This document shows positions 7,426 through 16,135 of a DNA stretch of 18,546 bases, in pieces. Below the pieces are notes generated by a model. The model saw only the letters and a program-made list of their open reading frames with translations, did not search any database and had not been told where the DNA came from. Source of the stretch: an uncultured Pseudomonadota bacterium (GTDB lineage Bacteria; BMS3Abin14); assembly GCA_964454175.1 (NCBI GenBank), contig CAYVSA010000040.1, positions 1 to 18,546 of the forward strand, in the 5' to 3' direction. The position numbers were made by a program, and so were the translations under genes. Position 1 is the first letter of the stretch; the number at the start of each line of letters is the position of its first letter.

Positions 7426-8691
7426 ATGGATATAGTAATTGTCGGACTTAGCCACAAAACGGCGCCTGTTGAGGTCAGGGAAAAGATCTCCTTTGCAGAG
7501 GATGTCCTGGATGATGGGCTCAAGTCCCTTTCTGACAGCAAAAGTGTCAATGAGGCCTTAATACTTTCTACCTGCAACAGGGTCGAGATCTGCGCCGTCA
7601 GCCCGGAAGAAGATACAGTAGTCGATGATATTGCTTCTTTCTTGTCCGAGTACCACTCTATTGACAGGGAAAAGATAGATCCTCACCTCTACGTGCTCAG
7701 AGGCGATGAGGCTATCGCCCACATGTTCCGGGTAGCATCGAGCCTCGATTCCATGGTGGTGGGTGAGCCTCAGATCCTGGGTCAGGTCAAAGGTGCTTTT
7801 TCATGCGCAACCCAGGCGAAAACTACGGGAAATATTCTCAATCGTCTCCTGCACAAAGCCTTTTCTGTTGCCAAGAGAGTGCGCACGGAAACCAGGATCG
7901 CTACTTCAGCAGTATCCATTTCCTTTGCCGCCATTGAACTTGCCAAAAAGATCTTCGGCGACCTGGGCGGCAAGGTGGTGATGCTCATAGGGGCCGGCGA
8001 GATGGCCGAACTTGCAGCCAGGCATCTCCTGAACAACGGGATCGATCATATAATGGTGGCAAACCGGACATTCGAAAGAGCAGAAACCCTGGCAGAGGAA
8101 TTCGGCGGGTCAGCTATCCGCTTCGACGATTTGGAGCAGCAGATGGAGCTTGCCGATATCGTTATAAGCTCCACGGGGGCACGGTCGGCTGTGGTCGGGA
8201 AAGAACTGGTATCCGCCGTTATCAAAAAAAGACGCAACAGGCCGATGTTCTTCATTGATATCGCGGTTCCGAGGGATATTGAACAATCGGTCAATGAACT
8301 CGAAAATGTCTACCTCTACGACATTGACGACCTCGAAGGTGTTGTACAGGCGAACATGAAGGCAAGGGCGAAAGAGGCGGCCAAAGCGGAGCACATTGTC
8401 GCTGAAGAGGTGGAGCAATTCAGCAGTTGGGTAAGGAGCCGGGAGGTTTTTCCAACTATCATTCTCCTCAAGGAGTGGGCCGAGAAGGTTAGAAGATCTG
8501 AAGTTGAAAAAACTGTCAGGAAGATGACGGACATCTCTGAAGTTGACAAAAAGAGGATCGAAGCGATGACAGAGGCTATTCTGAACAAGATACTTCACCG
8601 CCCCATTTCGCAGTTAAAGAACGGATCTGACCCCGAGGACAACGCGGATATGGTGAACGCGGCAAGGAAGATGTTCGGGTTGGATGATTAA
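7426..8691 (+). CDS. hemA: Glutamyl-tRNA reductase
   Basis: Motifs GLSHKTAPVEVRE, LSTCNRVE, SLDSMVVGEPQILGQVK, IGAGEM and DIAVPRD. Start moved from the track's 7201 (inside ccsA) to ATG 7426. Confidence 0.98.
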   Translation: MDIVIVGLSHKTAPVEVREKISFAEDVLDDGLKSLSDSKSVNEALILSTCNRVEICAVSPEEDTVVDDIASFLSEYHSIDREKIDPHLYVLRGDEAIAHMFRVASSLDSMVVGEPQILGQVKGAFSCATQAKTTGNILNRLLHKAFSVAKRVRTETRIATSAVSISFAAIELAKKIFGDLGGKVVMLIGAGEMAELAARHLLNNGIDHIMVANRTFERAETLAEEFGGSAIRFDDLEQQMELADIVISSTGARSAVVGKELVSAVIKKRRNRPMFFIDIAVPRDIEQSVNELENVYLYDIDDLEGVVQANMKARAKEAAKAEHIVAEEVEQFSSWVRSREVFPTIILLKEWAEKVRRSEVEKTVRKMTDISEVDKKRIEAMTEAILNKILHRPISQLKNGSDPEDNADMVNAARKMFGLDD

Positions 8692-8702
8692 GTTAAGTCA
8701 GA

Positions 8703-8810
8703 AAATGGAAAATGGAAATTGGATATTAAGCATTGGACATTGGACTGCTCTTAACACCTTGGATTTTGGACTAATCACATTGGCCTTGGGGCCTGGGACC
8801 TGGGACTGGA
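8703..8810 (+). repeat. Degenerate 7-bp array (NNNTGGA-like) in the hemA-hemC spacer
   Basis: AAATGGA AAATGGA AATTGGA TATTAAG CATTGGA CATTGGA ... CCTTGGA TTTTGGA ... CCTGGGA CCTGGGA. GGA recurs at 7-nt period. Confidence 0.75.
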
Positions 8811-8838
8811 GCAGCGCCACTTACCCAAAGGAGATTAA

Positions 8839-9774
8839 TTGAAGAAGCAGTTAAAAATAGGCACCAGGGGCAGTCAGCTGGCTCTGTGGCAGGCAGAGTG
8901 GATCAGGGACCTGCTGGTTTCCGAAGATCCGGAGCTGGCGATCGAGATCGTCAAGATCAAAACTACGGGAGATAAGATACTCGATGTACCGCTGGCGCAG
9001 GTTGGTGGAAAGGGGCTGTTCGTAAAGGAAATAGAAGCGGCTCTACTCGATGGATCGGTGGATATTGCTGTTCACAGCATGAAGGATGTTCCGACAGAAT
9101 TACCTGAAGGCCTCGGGATTGCAGCCATAACAAAAAGAGAGGATCCCAGGGACGTGCTGATCTCGGCCGACAACAAGCTGCTTGTACAGCTGCCGGATGG
9201 TGCAAAGGTCGGTACCAGCAGTCTCCGGCGTCAGGCACAGCTTTTGGCGTTCAGGCCTGATCTCATCATTGAACCGCTCAGGGGCAATGTAAATACACGC
9301 CTGAAAAAACTCAAAGAGGGACTCTACGACGGCATTATACTTGCCTGTGCCGGTGTTAAAAGGCTAGGCTGGGAGGGGGAGGTCACGGAAGCCCTCCCCA
9401 CGGACACAATGCTGCCTGCGATCGGGCAGGGTGCCGTCGGGATAGAAGCCAGAGTTGATGACTCCAGGGTCCAGGGCATTATCAGGTTCCTGGATCATCC
9501 CGACGCGTCCGTGTGTGTAAGGGCTGAGAGATCATTCCTGGCCCGGCTGGAGGGGGGCTGCCAGGTTCCCATAGCGGCCTTCGCAACATGCCTTGATAAT
9601 AAACTGACCCTGACAGGCCTGGTTGCTTCGGTCGATGGCAAAAAACTCATCAGGATGGAAATGTCATCCGACAGGACTTCGGCTCAAAAGACCGGGCTGA
9701 ATCTGGCTGAGGCTGTTCTTGAAGCGGGGGGCCGTGAGATCCTTGAGGAAGTATATTGCAGGGAGTTGAGCTGA
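8839..9774 (+). CDS. hemC: Hydroxymethylbilane synthase (porphobilinogen deaminase)
   Basis: Motifs GTRGSQLALWQA, GGKGLFVKEIE, AVHSMKDVP, GTSSLRR, LRGNVNTRL and LEGGCQVP. TTG start with AAAGGAG upstream. Confidence 0.98.
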   Translation: MKKQLKIGTRGSQLALWQAEWIRDLLVSEDPELAIEIVKIKTTGDKILDVPLAQVGGKGLFVKEIEAALLDGSVDIAVHSMKDVPTELPEGLGIAAITKREDPRDVLISADNKLLVQLPDGAKVGTSSLRRQAQLLAFRPDLIIEPLRGNVNTRLKKLKEGLYDGIILACAGVKRLGWEGEVTEALPTDTMLPAIGQGAVGIEARVDDSRVQGIIRFLDHPDASVCVRAERSFLARLEGGCQVPIAAFATCLDNKLTLTGLVASVDGKKLIRMEMSSDRTSAQKTGLNLAEAVLEAGGREILEEVYCRELS

Positions 9775-9796
9775 TAACGCTGTCCCCGGGGGAAAA

Positions 9797-10576
9797 GTGA
9801 GAAGCCAGCCGCTCAAAGGTGTCGGTGTCCTGGTAACCAGGGCAGCAGAACAGTCCGAGGGGATCCTCGAATCCCTGGGAAGTCTTGGGGCGGTTCCCCA
9901 CAGCATTCCTACCGTTAACTACGTTCCTGTTCAAAGACCAGCGGGGCTTGAGGATTCGCTCGAGAAAATAGCTCTCTTCGACGCAATAGTGTTCACTTCG
10001 GCAAACGGTGTGAGGTTTTTTGCAGAACATCTGGAGGATCACGATCTTGCGCCATCAGGTCTTCCCCCCGCGGTCTGCGTGGGGCCGATAACAGCTGAGG
10101 CCTGGAATCTTGCTGGCGGACAGGTACTGACCTTCCCCGCAAAATATTCAAGTGCAGACATTCCGGGCGCACTGGGTAAGGACTTGTCGGGGAAAAGCTA
10201 TCTGATCCTGCGCCCCGAGAAGGTCAAGACCGAACTGGGTGCTCTGCTGGTGGAGCGGGGAGCCGCGGTGACAGAGCTAGTCCTGTACAGGACACAGAGC
10301 AGTAAACAGCATTCGGATGACCTGAAAGGCCTGCTTGCCCAAAACGCCATAGATATTATAACCTTTACCAGCCCATCGTCGGTTGCCGGACTCAGGGATC
10401 TGATGGGAAGCCTCGATGAAGTTGCCCGGATACCATGCTTGTGTATCGGCCCGTCCACTGCGGAATCGGCCCTGGAAGAGGGTTTCCGGGACGTGAGCTA
10501 TCCGGAAGAATATACAGTGGAAGGAATGCTCAGGCTGCTTCCGAAGCTGGCTGCAGTCCTGACTACAAGGAGGTAG
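9797..10576 (+). CDS. hemD: Uroporphyrinogen-III synthase (stand-alone)
   Basis: Motifs VLVTRA, FTSANGV, VGPITA, LYRT, FTSPSSV and IGPSTA; lies between hemC and hemB. Confidence 0.93.
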   Translation: MRSQPLKGVGVLVTRAAEQSEGILESLGSLGAVPHSIPTVNYVPVQRPAGLEDSLEKIALFDAIVFTSANGVRFFAEHLEDHDLAPSGLPPAVCVGPITAEAWNLAGGQVLTFPAKYSSADIPGALGKDLSGKSYLILRPEKVKTELGALLVERGAAVTELVLYRTQSSKQHSDDLKGLLAQNAIDIITFTSPSSVAGLRDLMGSLDEVARIPCLCIGPSTAESALEEGFRDVSYPEEYTVEGMLRLLPKLAAVLTTRR

Positions 10577-10582
10577 GGAAAA

Positions 10583-11554
10583 ATGCAGTATCCGATTTAC
10601 AGGCCGCGCAGGACCAGGAGGACAGAGACCCTTCGCCGGATGGTGAGGGAGACGCGCCTGTCCATTGACAATCTCATTTACCCTCTCTTCGTGGTCCACG
10701 GCAAGGGTGTGAAAAAGGAGATCGGTGCCATGCCTGGTGTATACCAGATGTCGGTAGACGAGATAGTAAAGGAATGCCGTCAGGTGGATGATCTCGGCAT
10801 TCCGGCTGTGCTGCTGTTCGGGATCCCCCAGGAAAAGGATGAGATGGCTACAGGTGCTCACGACCCTGACGGGGTTGTACAACTGGCTGTCAGTGCCATA
10901 AAGGATGCTCTTCCCGACCTGGTGGTTATCACTGACGTGTGCCTGTGTGAGTACACCAGCCACGGGCACTGCGGCATCATCGAGAACGGCGAGGTCCTGA
11001 ACGATCCGACTCTGGAGCTTCTGGCCAGATCGGCTGTTTCCCACGCCAGGGCAGGGGCCGATATTGTAGCTCCTTCAGACATGATGGACGGCCGGGTGGC
11101 GGCAATCAGGGATGCTCTTGACGAGGAGGGGTTTGATCAGGTCATAGTGCTTGCTTATGCTGTTAAATATGCTTCTGCTTTTTACGGGCCCTTCAGGGAG
11201 GCAGCCGAATCGACACCCCGGTTCGGAGACAGAAGGTCCTATCAGATGGACCCTGCCAACGGGACCGAGGCGCTGCGGGAAGCAGCACTGGACATTGAAG
11301 AAGGAGCCGATATTATCATGGTCAAGCCGGCCCTTCCTTATCTTGACATCATATCTCAGATCAGGGACCGTTTTGACATGCCCCTGGCTGCGTACAATGT
11401 AAGCGGAGAGTATTCCATGGTCAAGGCCGGCGCCAGGCTGGATTGGATCGATGGTGAACGTATTATGATGGAGTCTCTTCTGTCTATCAGAAGAGCAGGT
11501 GCCGAAATGATCTTGACGTATTTTGCAAAAGAGGCTGCAAGGCTTTTGGTTTAG
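10583..11554 (+). CDS. hemB: Porphobilinogen synthase (ALA dehydratase), Zn-binding type
   Basis: Motifs [43 protein letters not shown] and [14 protein letters not shown] upstream. Confidence 0.98.
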   Translation: MQYPIYRPRRTRRTETLRRMVRETRLSIDNLIYPLFVVHGKGVKKEIGAMPGVYQMSVDEIVKECRQVDDLGIPAVLLFGIPQEKDEMATGAHDPDGVVQLAVSAIKDALPDLVVITDVCLCEYTSHGHCGIIENGEVLNDPTLELLARSAVSHARAGADIVAPSDMMDGRVAAIRDALDEEGFDQVIVLAYAVKYASAFYGPFREAAESTPRFGDRRSYQMDPANGTEALREAALDIEEGADIIMVKPALPYLDIISQIRDRFDMPLAAYNVSGEYSMVKAGARLDWIDGERIMMESLLSIRRAGAEMILTYFAKEAARLLV

Positions 11555-11557
11555 GTC

Positions 11558-11986
11558 ATGGGAAGAGTGATGGCCCTGGACTGGGGCGAACGACGAGTGG
11601 GAATAGCCATGTCAGACGCAGGCTGGGTTATTGCGACACCCCATTTTGTCCTGAATCGGACCAGGAAGCTCACCGAGGACCTCAGCAGGATCGGGGTGAT
11701 GGCTTCGGAGAACGATGTGGAGCTCATCGTTGTAGGAGTTCCCCTCCAGATGGACGGGTCATGCGGCCAGGCTGCGGAGAAGATCCTGAAAGTGGTCGAG
11801 GAGATTAAAAAATACCTGGATATCCCGGTCACAACCTGGGATGAGAGACTCAGCACCGCCGAGGCTGAAAAGGCACTGATAGGTGGTGACGTGTCCAGGG
11901 CCAGAAGAAAGGGTATGATAGACCGCGTTGCCGCTGCCATCTTTCTGCAGGCGTTCCTGGATAACAGGTCCGGAGGCCGGGCTTGA
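11558..11986 (+). CDS. ruvX: YqgF/RuvX family RNase H-fold nuclease (pre-16S rRNA processing)
   Basis: Motifs ALDWGERRVGIAMSD, VVGVP, WDERLST and IDRVAAAIFLQAFLD. Confidence 0.96.
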   Translation: MGRVMALDWGERRVGIAMSDAGWVIATPHFVLNRTRKLTEDLSRIGVMASENDVELIVVGVPLQMDGSCGQAAEKILKVVEEIKKYLDIPVTTWDERLSTAEAEKALIGGDVSRARRKGMIDRVAAAIFLQAFLDNRSGGRA

Positions 11987-13011
11987 GGGTTGGAAGGCAA
12001 AAAGACAAGCGGAGGGTTCTGCCGGCCCTTATCCTTGTTCTGCTTCTTCTTTCAGGGGCAATGGCGTTCAGGCTGTTCGTGTTCTGGATAACGCCGGCGG
12101 CAAAGTCAGGCAGGGAAGTGGTCGTCCAGATCCCCCAGGGGTCGTCCTTTGCCGGCGCGTCCAGGCTCCTTTACGAATCTCATATCATCAGATCCGTCAG
12201 ACTCTTTGTGATGGTTGGTAAGATCAGGGGTCTTTCAAACAGGATCCAGGCTGGAGAGCTTGGTTTCAGAACCGACATGACCCCCGGTGAGGTGCTGGAC
12301 GTTCTTTCCAGGGGCAAGGCAGTTTTATATAAGGTCACCGTTCCGGAAGGATATACTGTCAGACAGATCGCAGAGCTTCTCGAAAAACAGGGGTTGGCAG
12401 ATGGCAAAAAGGTCATTGCACTGGCCAACGATCCCGGGTTCGCCAGGTCTCTGGGAGTGCCGGCTTACAGGCTCGAGGGTTTTTTGTTCCCGGATACGTA
12501 TTCATGGCCCAAAGGCACATCGGAGGAGTATATTCTCAGGAGGATGGTGGAGCACTATAAAAAAGTTTTTACCGACGACATGAAGAAAAGGGCGAATGAG
12601 ATCGGGATGACAGAGTTTGAGGTCGTCACCCTGGCATCAATAGTGGAGAGAGAAACGGGTTCACCCGAGGAGAGGAAACTTGTTTCAGCTGTTTTTCACA
12701 ATCGGCTCAAAAAGAAATACAGACTCCAGAGCGACCCCACAGTTATCTATGGTCTGGATGAATTTGACGGGGATCTCAAGAAATCCCACCTGAAAAAGGA
12801 CACGCCGTATAACACTTACACAAGACTGGGGCTTCCGGCCGGGCCTATTGCAAATCCCGGCGCCGAGTCGATCACTGCAGCCATATTCCCTGAGGATGTG
12901 TCCTATCTGTATTTCGTGGCCCGGGGGGACGGTACCCACGTGTTTTCAAATAATCTTGTCGAGCACAACGCAGCTGTTCGCAGATACCAGCTCAAGAGGA
13001 CTTCGAAGTGA
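11983..13011 (+). CDS. mltG: Endolytic peptidoglycan transglycosylase MltG (YceG family)
   Basis: N-terminal TM helix; motifs VTVPEG, LEGFLFPDTY, TLASIVERE, LQSDPT, PYNTY...GLPAGPIANPG and YLYFV. The TTG start overlaps the ruvX stop, with GGAGG upstream. Confidence 0.96.
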   Translation: MRVGRQKDKRRVLPALILVLLLLSGAMAFRLFVFWITPAAKSGREVVVQIPQGSSFAGASRLLYESHIIRSVRLFVMVGKIRGLSNRIQAGELGFRTDMTPGEVLDVLSRGKAVLYKVTVPEGYTVRQIAELLEKQGLADGKKVIALANDPGFARSLGVPAYRLEGFLFPDTYSWPKGTSEEYILRRMVEHYKKVFTDDMKKRANEIGMTEFEVVTLASIVERETGSPEERKLVSAVFHNRLKKKYRLQSDPTVIYGLDEFDGDLKKSHLKKDTPYNTYTRLGLPAGPIANPGAESITAAIFPEDVSYLYFVARGDGTHVFSNNLVEHNAAVRRYQLKRTSK

Positions 13012-14408
13012 GCATGAACCCGACTCTGGCGCAGGAACTGCTGACGGTTCTTCTATCCTCCGGCGGCGAACTGGCCGACATTTATTTTGAGGATACTTAT
13101 TCACTCACTCTCGAAGCAGAAGGTGCCGGGATGGAAAAAGTCGCCTCAGTCAGGGAGAGAGGGGCCGGCCTCAGGCTCGTCACCGGCGGGGTAACACACT
13201 TCGCATCATCCGTTGACCTGGAACCGGACCCATTGCTGGAACTGGCACGTTATCTTGCATCAGGGGCAAACTCCAGCGAGGCTGTCAGGGTTGATGCACC
13301 GGTCAGGCAGCCGGCCGGCCAGCTTGGCGCAGGGGAATATTTTCCGGAAGTTACCATCGAAGAAAAGGGCAGGCTGGTACTCGTGGCACTTAAAGCCTCA
13401 AGAGCTTTCGATACCAGGATAGTCCAGGCCAGATCAGTTTATAAAGATACATCCAGCAAGGTCATTGTCGCCTCCTCTTCGGGCGGTTATGTGGAAGATA
13501 GCAGGTCTTACGGAGTCTTTCTCGTCCACGCTGTAGCATCTGATGGGACCAATATGCACGTGGGTTACGAACCGCGGGGAGGGATCGGAGGGTTTGAGAT
13601 CTTCAGGGAATTTGACCCGGAAGAAGTGGCACACACTGCCTCCAGGCGGGCGATCGCTACTCTTCAGGCCCCCGAGGCGCCCTCCGGGAAAATGACAGTT
13701 GTGCTCTCTTCGGAAGCCGGCGGGACCATGGTGCATGAAGCTGTGGGTCACGGTCTGGAGGCGGATCTGTCCGGCCAGGAGATGTCAGTGTATTCCGGAA
13801 AACTGGATGATCAGGTTGCTTCCAGTCTGATCACAATAGTTGATGACCCGACGATCCCCGGAAAAAGGGGTTCTTATAACTACGATGACGAAGGCGTTGC
13901 CGCCGAAAGGACAACGCTGGTGGAAGAAGGGGTTCTGAAGGCCTATATGAACGACAGGATAAGCGCGCAGAGGGAAGGTGTTGAACCCACGGGCAACGGG
14001 AGGAGACAGTCGTTCAGGCACTGGCCTATACCAAGGATGTCCAACACGATCATATTGCCGGGCAGTGACGATCCCGAAGAGATAGTGTCTTCGGTTGACC
14101 GCGGCCTTTTCGTCAAAAAGATGGGCGGAGGCCAGGTTAACACGGTTTCAGGAGATTTTGTTTTTGAAGTCAGTGAAGGGTTCCTGATCGAAAGCGGAAA
14201 AGTCTCAACCCAGGTGAGGGGAGCCACGCTGGCGGGAAACGGGCCCGAGGTGCTGCGGAGTGTCGATATGGTGGGTTCTGACCTGGGTTTCGGGTTGGGA
14301 ACCTGTGGAAAGGACGGACAGGGAGTTCCGGTAGGCGATGCGCAGCCGACACTGAGGCTCCCCGGTATCACAGTTGGAGGCAGGGAGTCGGCGGAGGATG
14401 ACGGATGA
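13008..14408 (+). CDS. tldD: TldD family metalloprotease (catalytic subunit)
   Basis: HExxxH motif VHEAVGHGLEAD, DDEG, TGNGRRQSF...PRMSNT and CGKDGQGVPVGDAQPT. Start is GTG 13008 or ATG 13014. Confidence 0.93.
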   Translation: MSMNPTLAQELLTVLLSSGGELADIYFEDTYSLTLEAEGAGMEKVASVRERGAGLRLVTGGVTHFASSVDLEPDPLLELARYLASGANSSEAVRVDAPVRQPAGQLGAGEYFPEVTIEEKGRLVLVALKASRAFDTRIVQARSVYKDTSSKVIVASSSGGYVEDSRSYGVFLVHAVASDGTNMHVGYEPRGGIGGFEIFREFDPEEVAHTASRRAIATLQAPEAPSGKMTVVLSSEAGGTMVHEAVGHGLEADLSGQEMSVYSGKLDDQVASSLITIVDDPTIPGKRGSYNYDDEGVAAERTTLVEEGVLKAYMNDRISAQREGVEPTGNGRRQSFRHWPIPRMSNTIILPGSDDPEEIVSSVDRGLFVKKMGGGQVNTVSGDFVFEVSEGFLIESGKVSTQVRGATLAGNGPEVLRSVDMVGSDLGFGLGTCGKDGQGVPVGDAQPTLRLPGITVGGRESAEDDG

Positions 14409-16135
14409 GATTTGAAGACATCCTTCAATTCTTCAAACGGACCGGTTCCGACCCTGGCCCGGAGGAGGAGCCCAAAGGGAAAAAGGGCCAAACGAGGATC
14501 CTCTATCAGTTCCTCCTCGTAACACTGGCCGTGTCTGTTATGCCTTTACTTGCTGCGTCCTACAAGCTGCTGGAGATCAACAAGGTCTTCCTGGAAGATG
14601 AGCTCCTTGCCCTGCACTCCCAGGTCGCAGATGCGACTGCCGGAGAAATATCCTCAACAATGACAAACATCCTTGGCAACCTCGAGTTGGTCGCCAAGGC
14701 GCAGAGCGGCACGAGCCCCCTCAGCAGGGAGGCGAGGAATCGATCCCTCATCTTCTACCTTGACCAATACCCCGAGATAAGCCGTCTCACCCAGCTCAGC
14801 AGCGGGAACAAGGCCCTGGCGAGAGTTTTCAGGGTTGGTCAGTCAGAATCCCCCGACCTCGATGAATCGTTAAAATTAAAAGCTGTCAAGGAGGCTTCCG
14901 CCGGCAAGACGTATATCAGCGACCCATTTGTAATAAGCGGCAGTACGGTTCCAGCGATAGCCGTGGGAATGCCCATATATGAGAGTGATGGATCAATTAG
15001 GTCAATTCTCCTTGGAGAGATCTCCCTTAAGAGGGTCCAGGAAACGATCCAGAGAATTAACATCCGGCGGCAGGGCAACGCTTATGTTGTAGATCGAAGG
15101 GGCAGCCTGATAGCTCATCAGGTAGAAGATCGGGTGGCCAAGTCAGAGGACATGAGTTCAGTTGAGATCGTTGGAAAATACCTGCTAGCAGGGGTCAGCG
15201 CCGGTACAATTCCATTCAGAGATAAAATGGGCAATGACATGGTTGGCTCCTATTCAACCGTTAAAGGCCTGGGCTGGGGTGTAGTAGTGCAGGAGCCGAG
15301 ATCAGACGCCTACGAGATCATCAGAAAGATGAACATCCAGACCGTTCTGTGGGCCCTGGTTGCTGTTGTCGCGGCGGTGATCGCCAGTACGCTGCTCGCT
15401 ATACGCCTCGCCAAGCCGATAGGTATTCTGGCCGATAAAGCCATGTCCCTTGCCCAGGGTGATTTTCACCAGAGAGTGGAAGTTAATACCAGGAATGAGC
15501 TCGGCCAACTGGCTGTAACATTCAACCATATGGCGTCCCGTATCGAGGTGCACGACAGAAACATGAGAGAACTGTTCATCAACACCACCAAATCTTTAGC
15601 AGCGGCTATCGATGCAAAAGACCCCTACACCAGAGGGCACTCTCAGCGGGTTGCACAGATAAGTCTGGAGATATCGAGGGAACTGGGGCAATCTCCAGCC
15701 GAGCAGCAGAAGGTGAATATTTCGGCTCTGCTCCACGATGTCGGCAAGATCGGTATCGAGGATGGTATCCTGAGAAAGCCCACCGAACTCTCCGATGAAG
15801 AGTACAACACTATAAGACAGCATCCCCTGTGGGGTTCAATGATAATGGGTCACATCAAACAGCTCAGGGAGGTAATACCAGGTATAGAATCCCATCATGA
15901 ACGGATCGATGGTACGGGGTATCCCAAAAAACTGAAGGGAAGCCAGATACCGATCCTTGCCAGGATCATTGCTGTTGCTGACACCTTCGACGCTATGACA
16001 ACAGACCGCCTCTACCAGAAAGCCATGGAGCCCCAGTTCGTTATCAGCAAGCTTGTCGAATGGAAGGGGACACGATACGATTCAGATGTCGTGGACGCCA
16101 TGATAAGGATCTATCCGAGGATCGCCGGTGGGTGA
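14405..16135 (+). CDS. Membrane-bound Cache-HAMP-HD-GYP cyclic dinucleotide phosphodiesterase
   Basis: TM1, then a dCache-like periplasmic region (YISDPF, AYVVDRRGSLIAH, GWGVVVQEP), TM2, HAMP (GDFHQRV...NELGQLAVTFNHMA) and an intact HD-GYP domain (YTRGHSQRV, LHDVGKIGI, HHERIDGTGYP, VADTFDAMT). Confidence 0.9.
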   Translation: MRFEDILQFFKRTGSDPGPEEEPKGKKGQTRILYQFLLVTLAVSVMPLLAASYKLLEINKVFLEDELLALHSQVADATAGEISSTMTNILGNLELVAKAQSGTSPLSREARNRSLIFYLDQYPEISRLTQLSSGNKALARVFRVGQSESPDLDESLKLKAVKEASAGKTYISDPFVISGSTVPAIAVGMPIYESDGSIRSILLGEISLKRVQETIQRINIRRQGNAYVVDRRGSLIAHQVEDRVAKSEDMSSVEIVGKYLLAGVSAGTIPFRDKMGNDMVGSYSTVKGLGWGVVVQEPRSDAYEIIRKMNIQTVLWALVAVVAAVIASTLLAIRLAKPIGILADKAMSLAQGDFHQRVEVNTRNELGQLAVTFNHMASRIEVHDRNMRELFINTTKSLAAAIDAKDPYTRGHSQRVAQISLEISRELGQSPAEQQKVNISALLHDVGKIGIEDGILRKPTELSDEEYNTIRQHPLWGSMIMGHIKQLREVIPGIESHHERIDGTGYPKKLKGSQIPILARIIAVADTFDAMTTDRLYQKAMEPQFVISKLVEWKGTRYDSDVVDAMIRIYPRIAGG

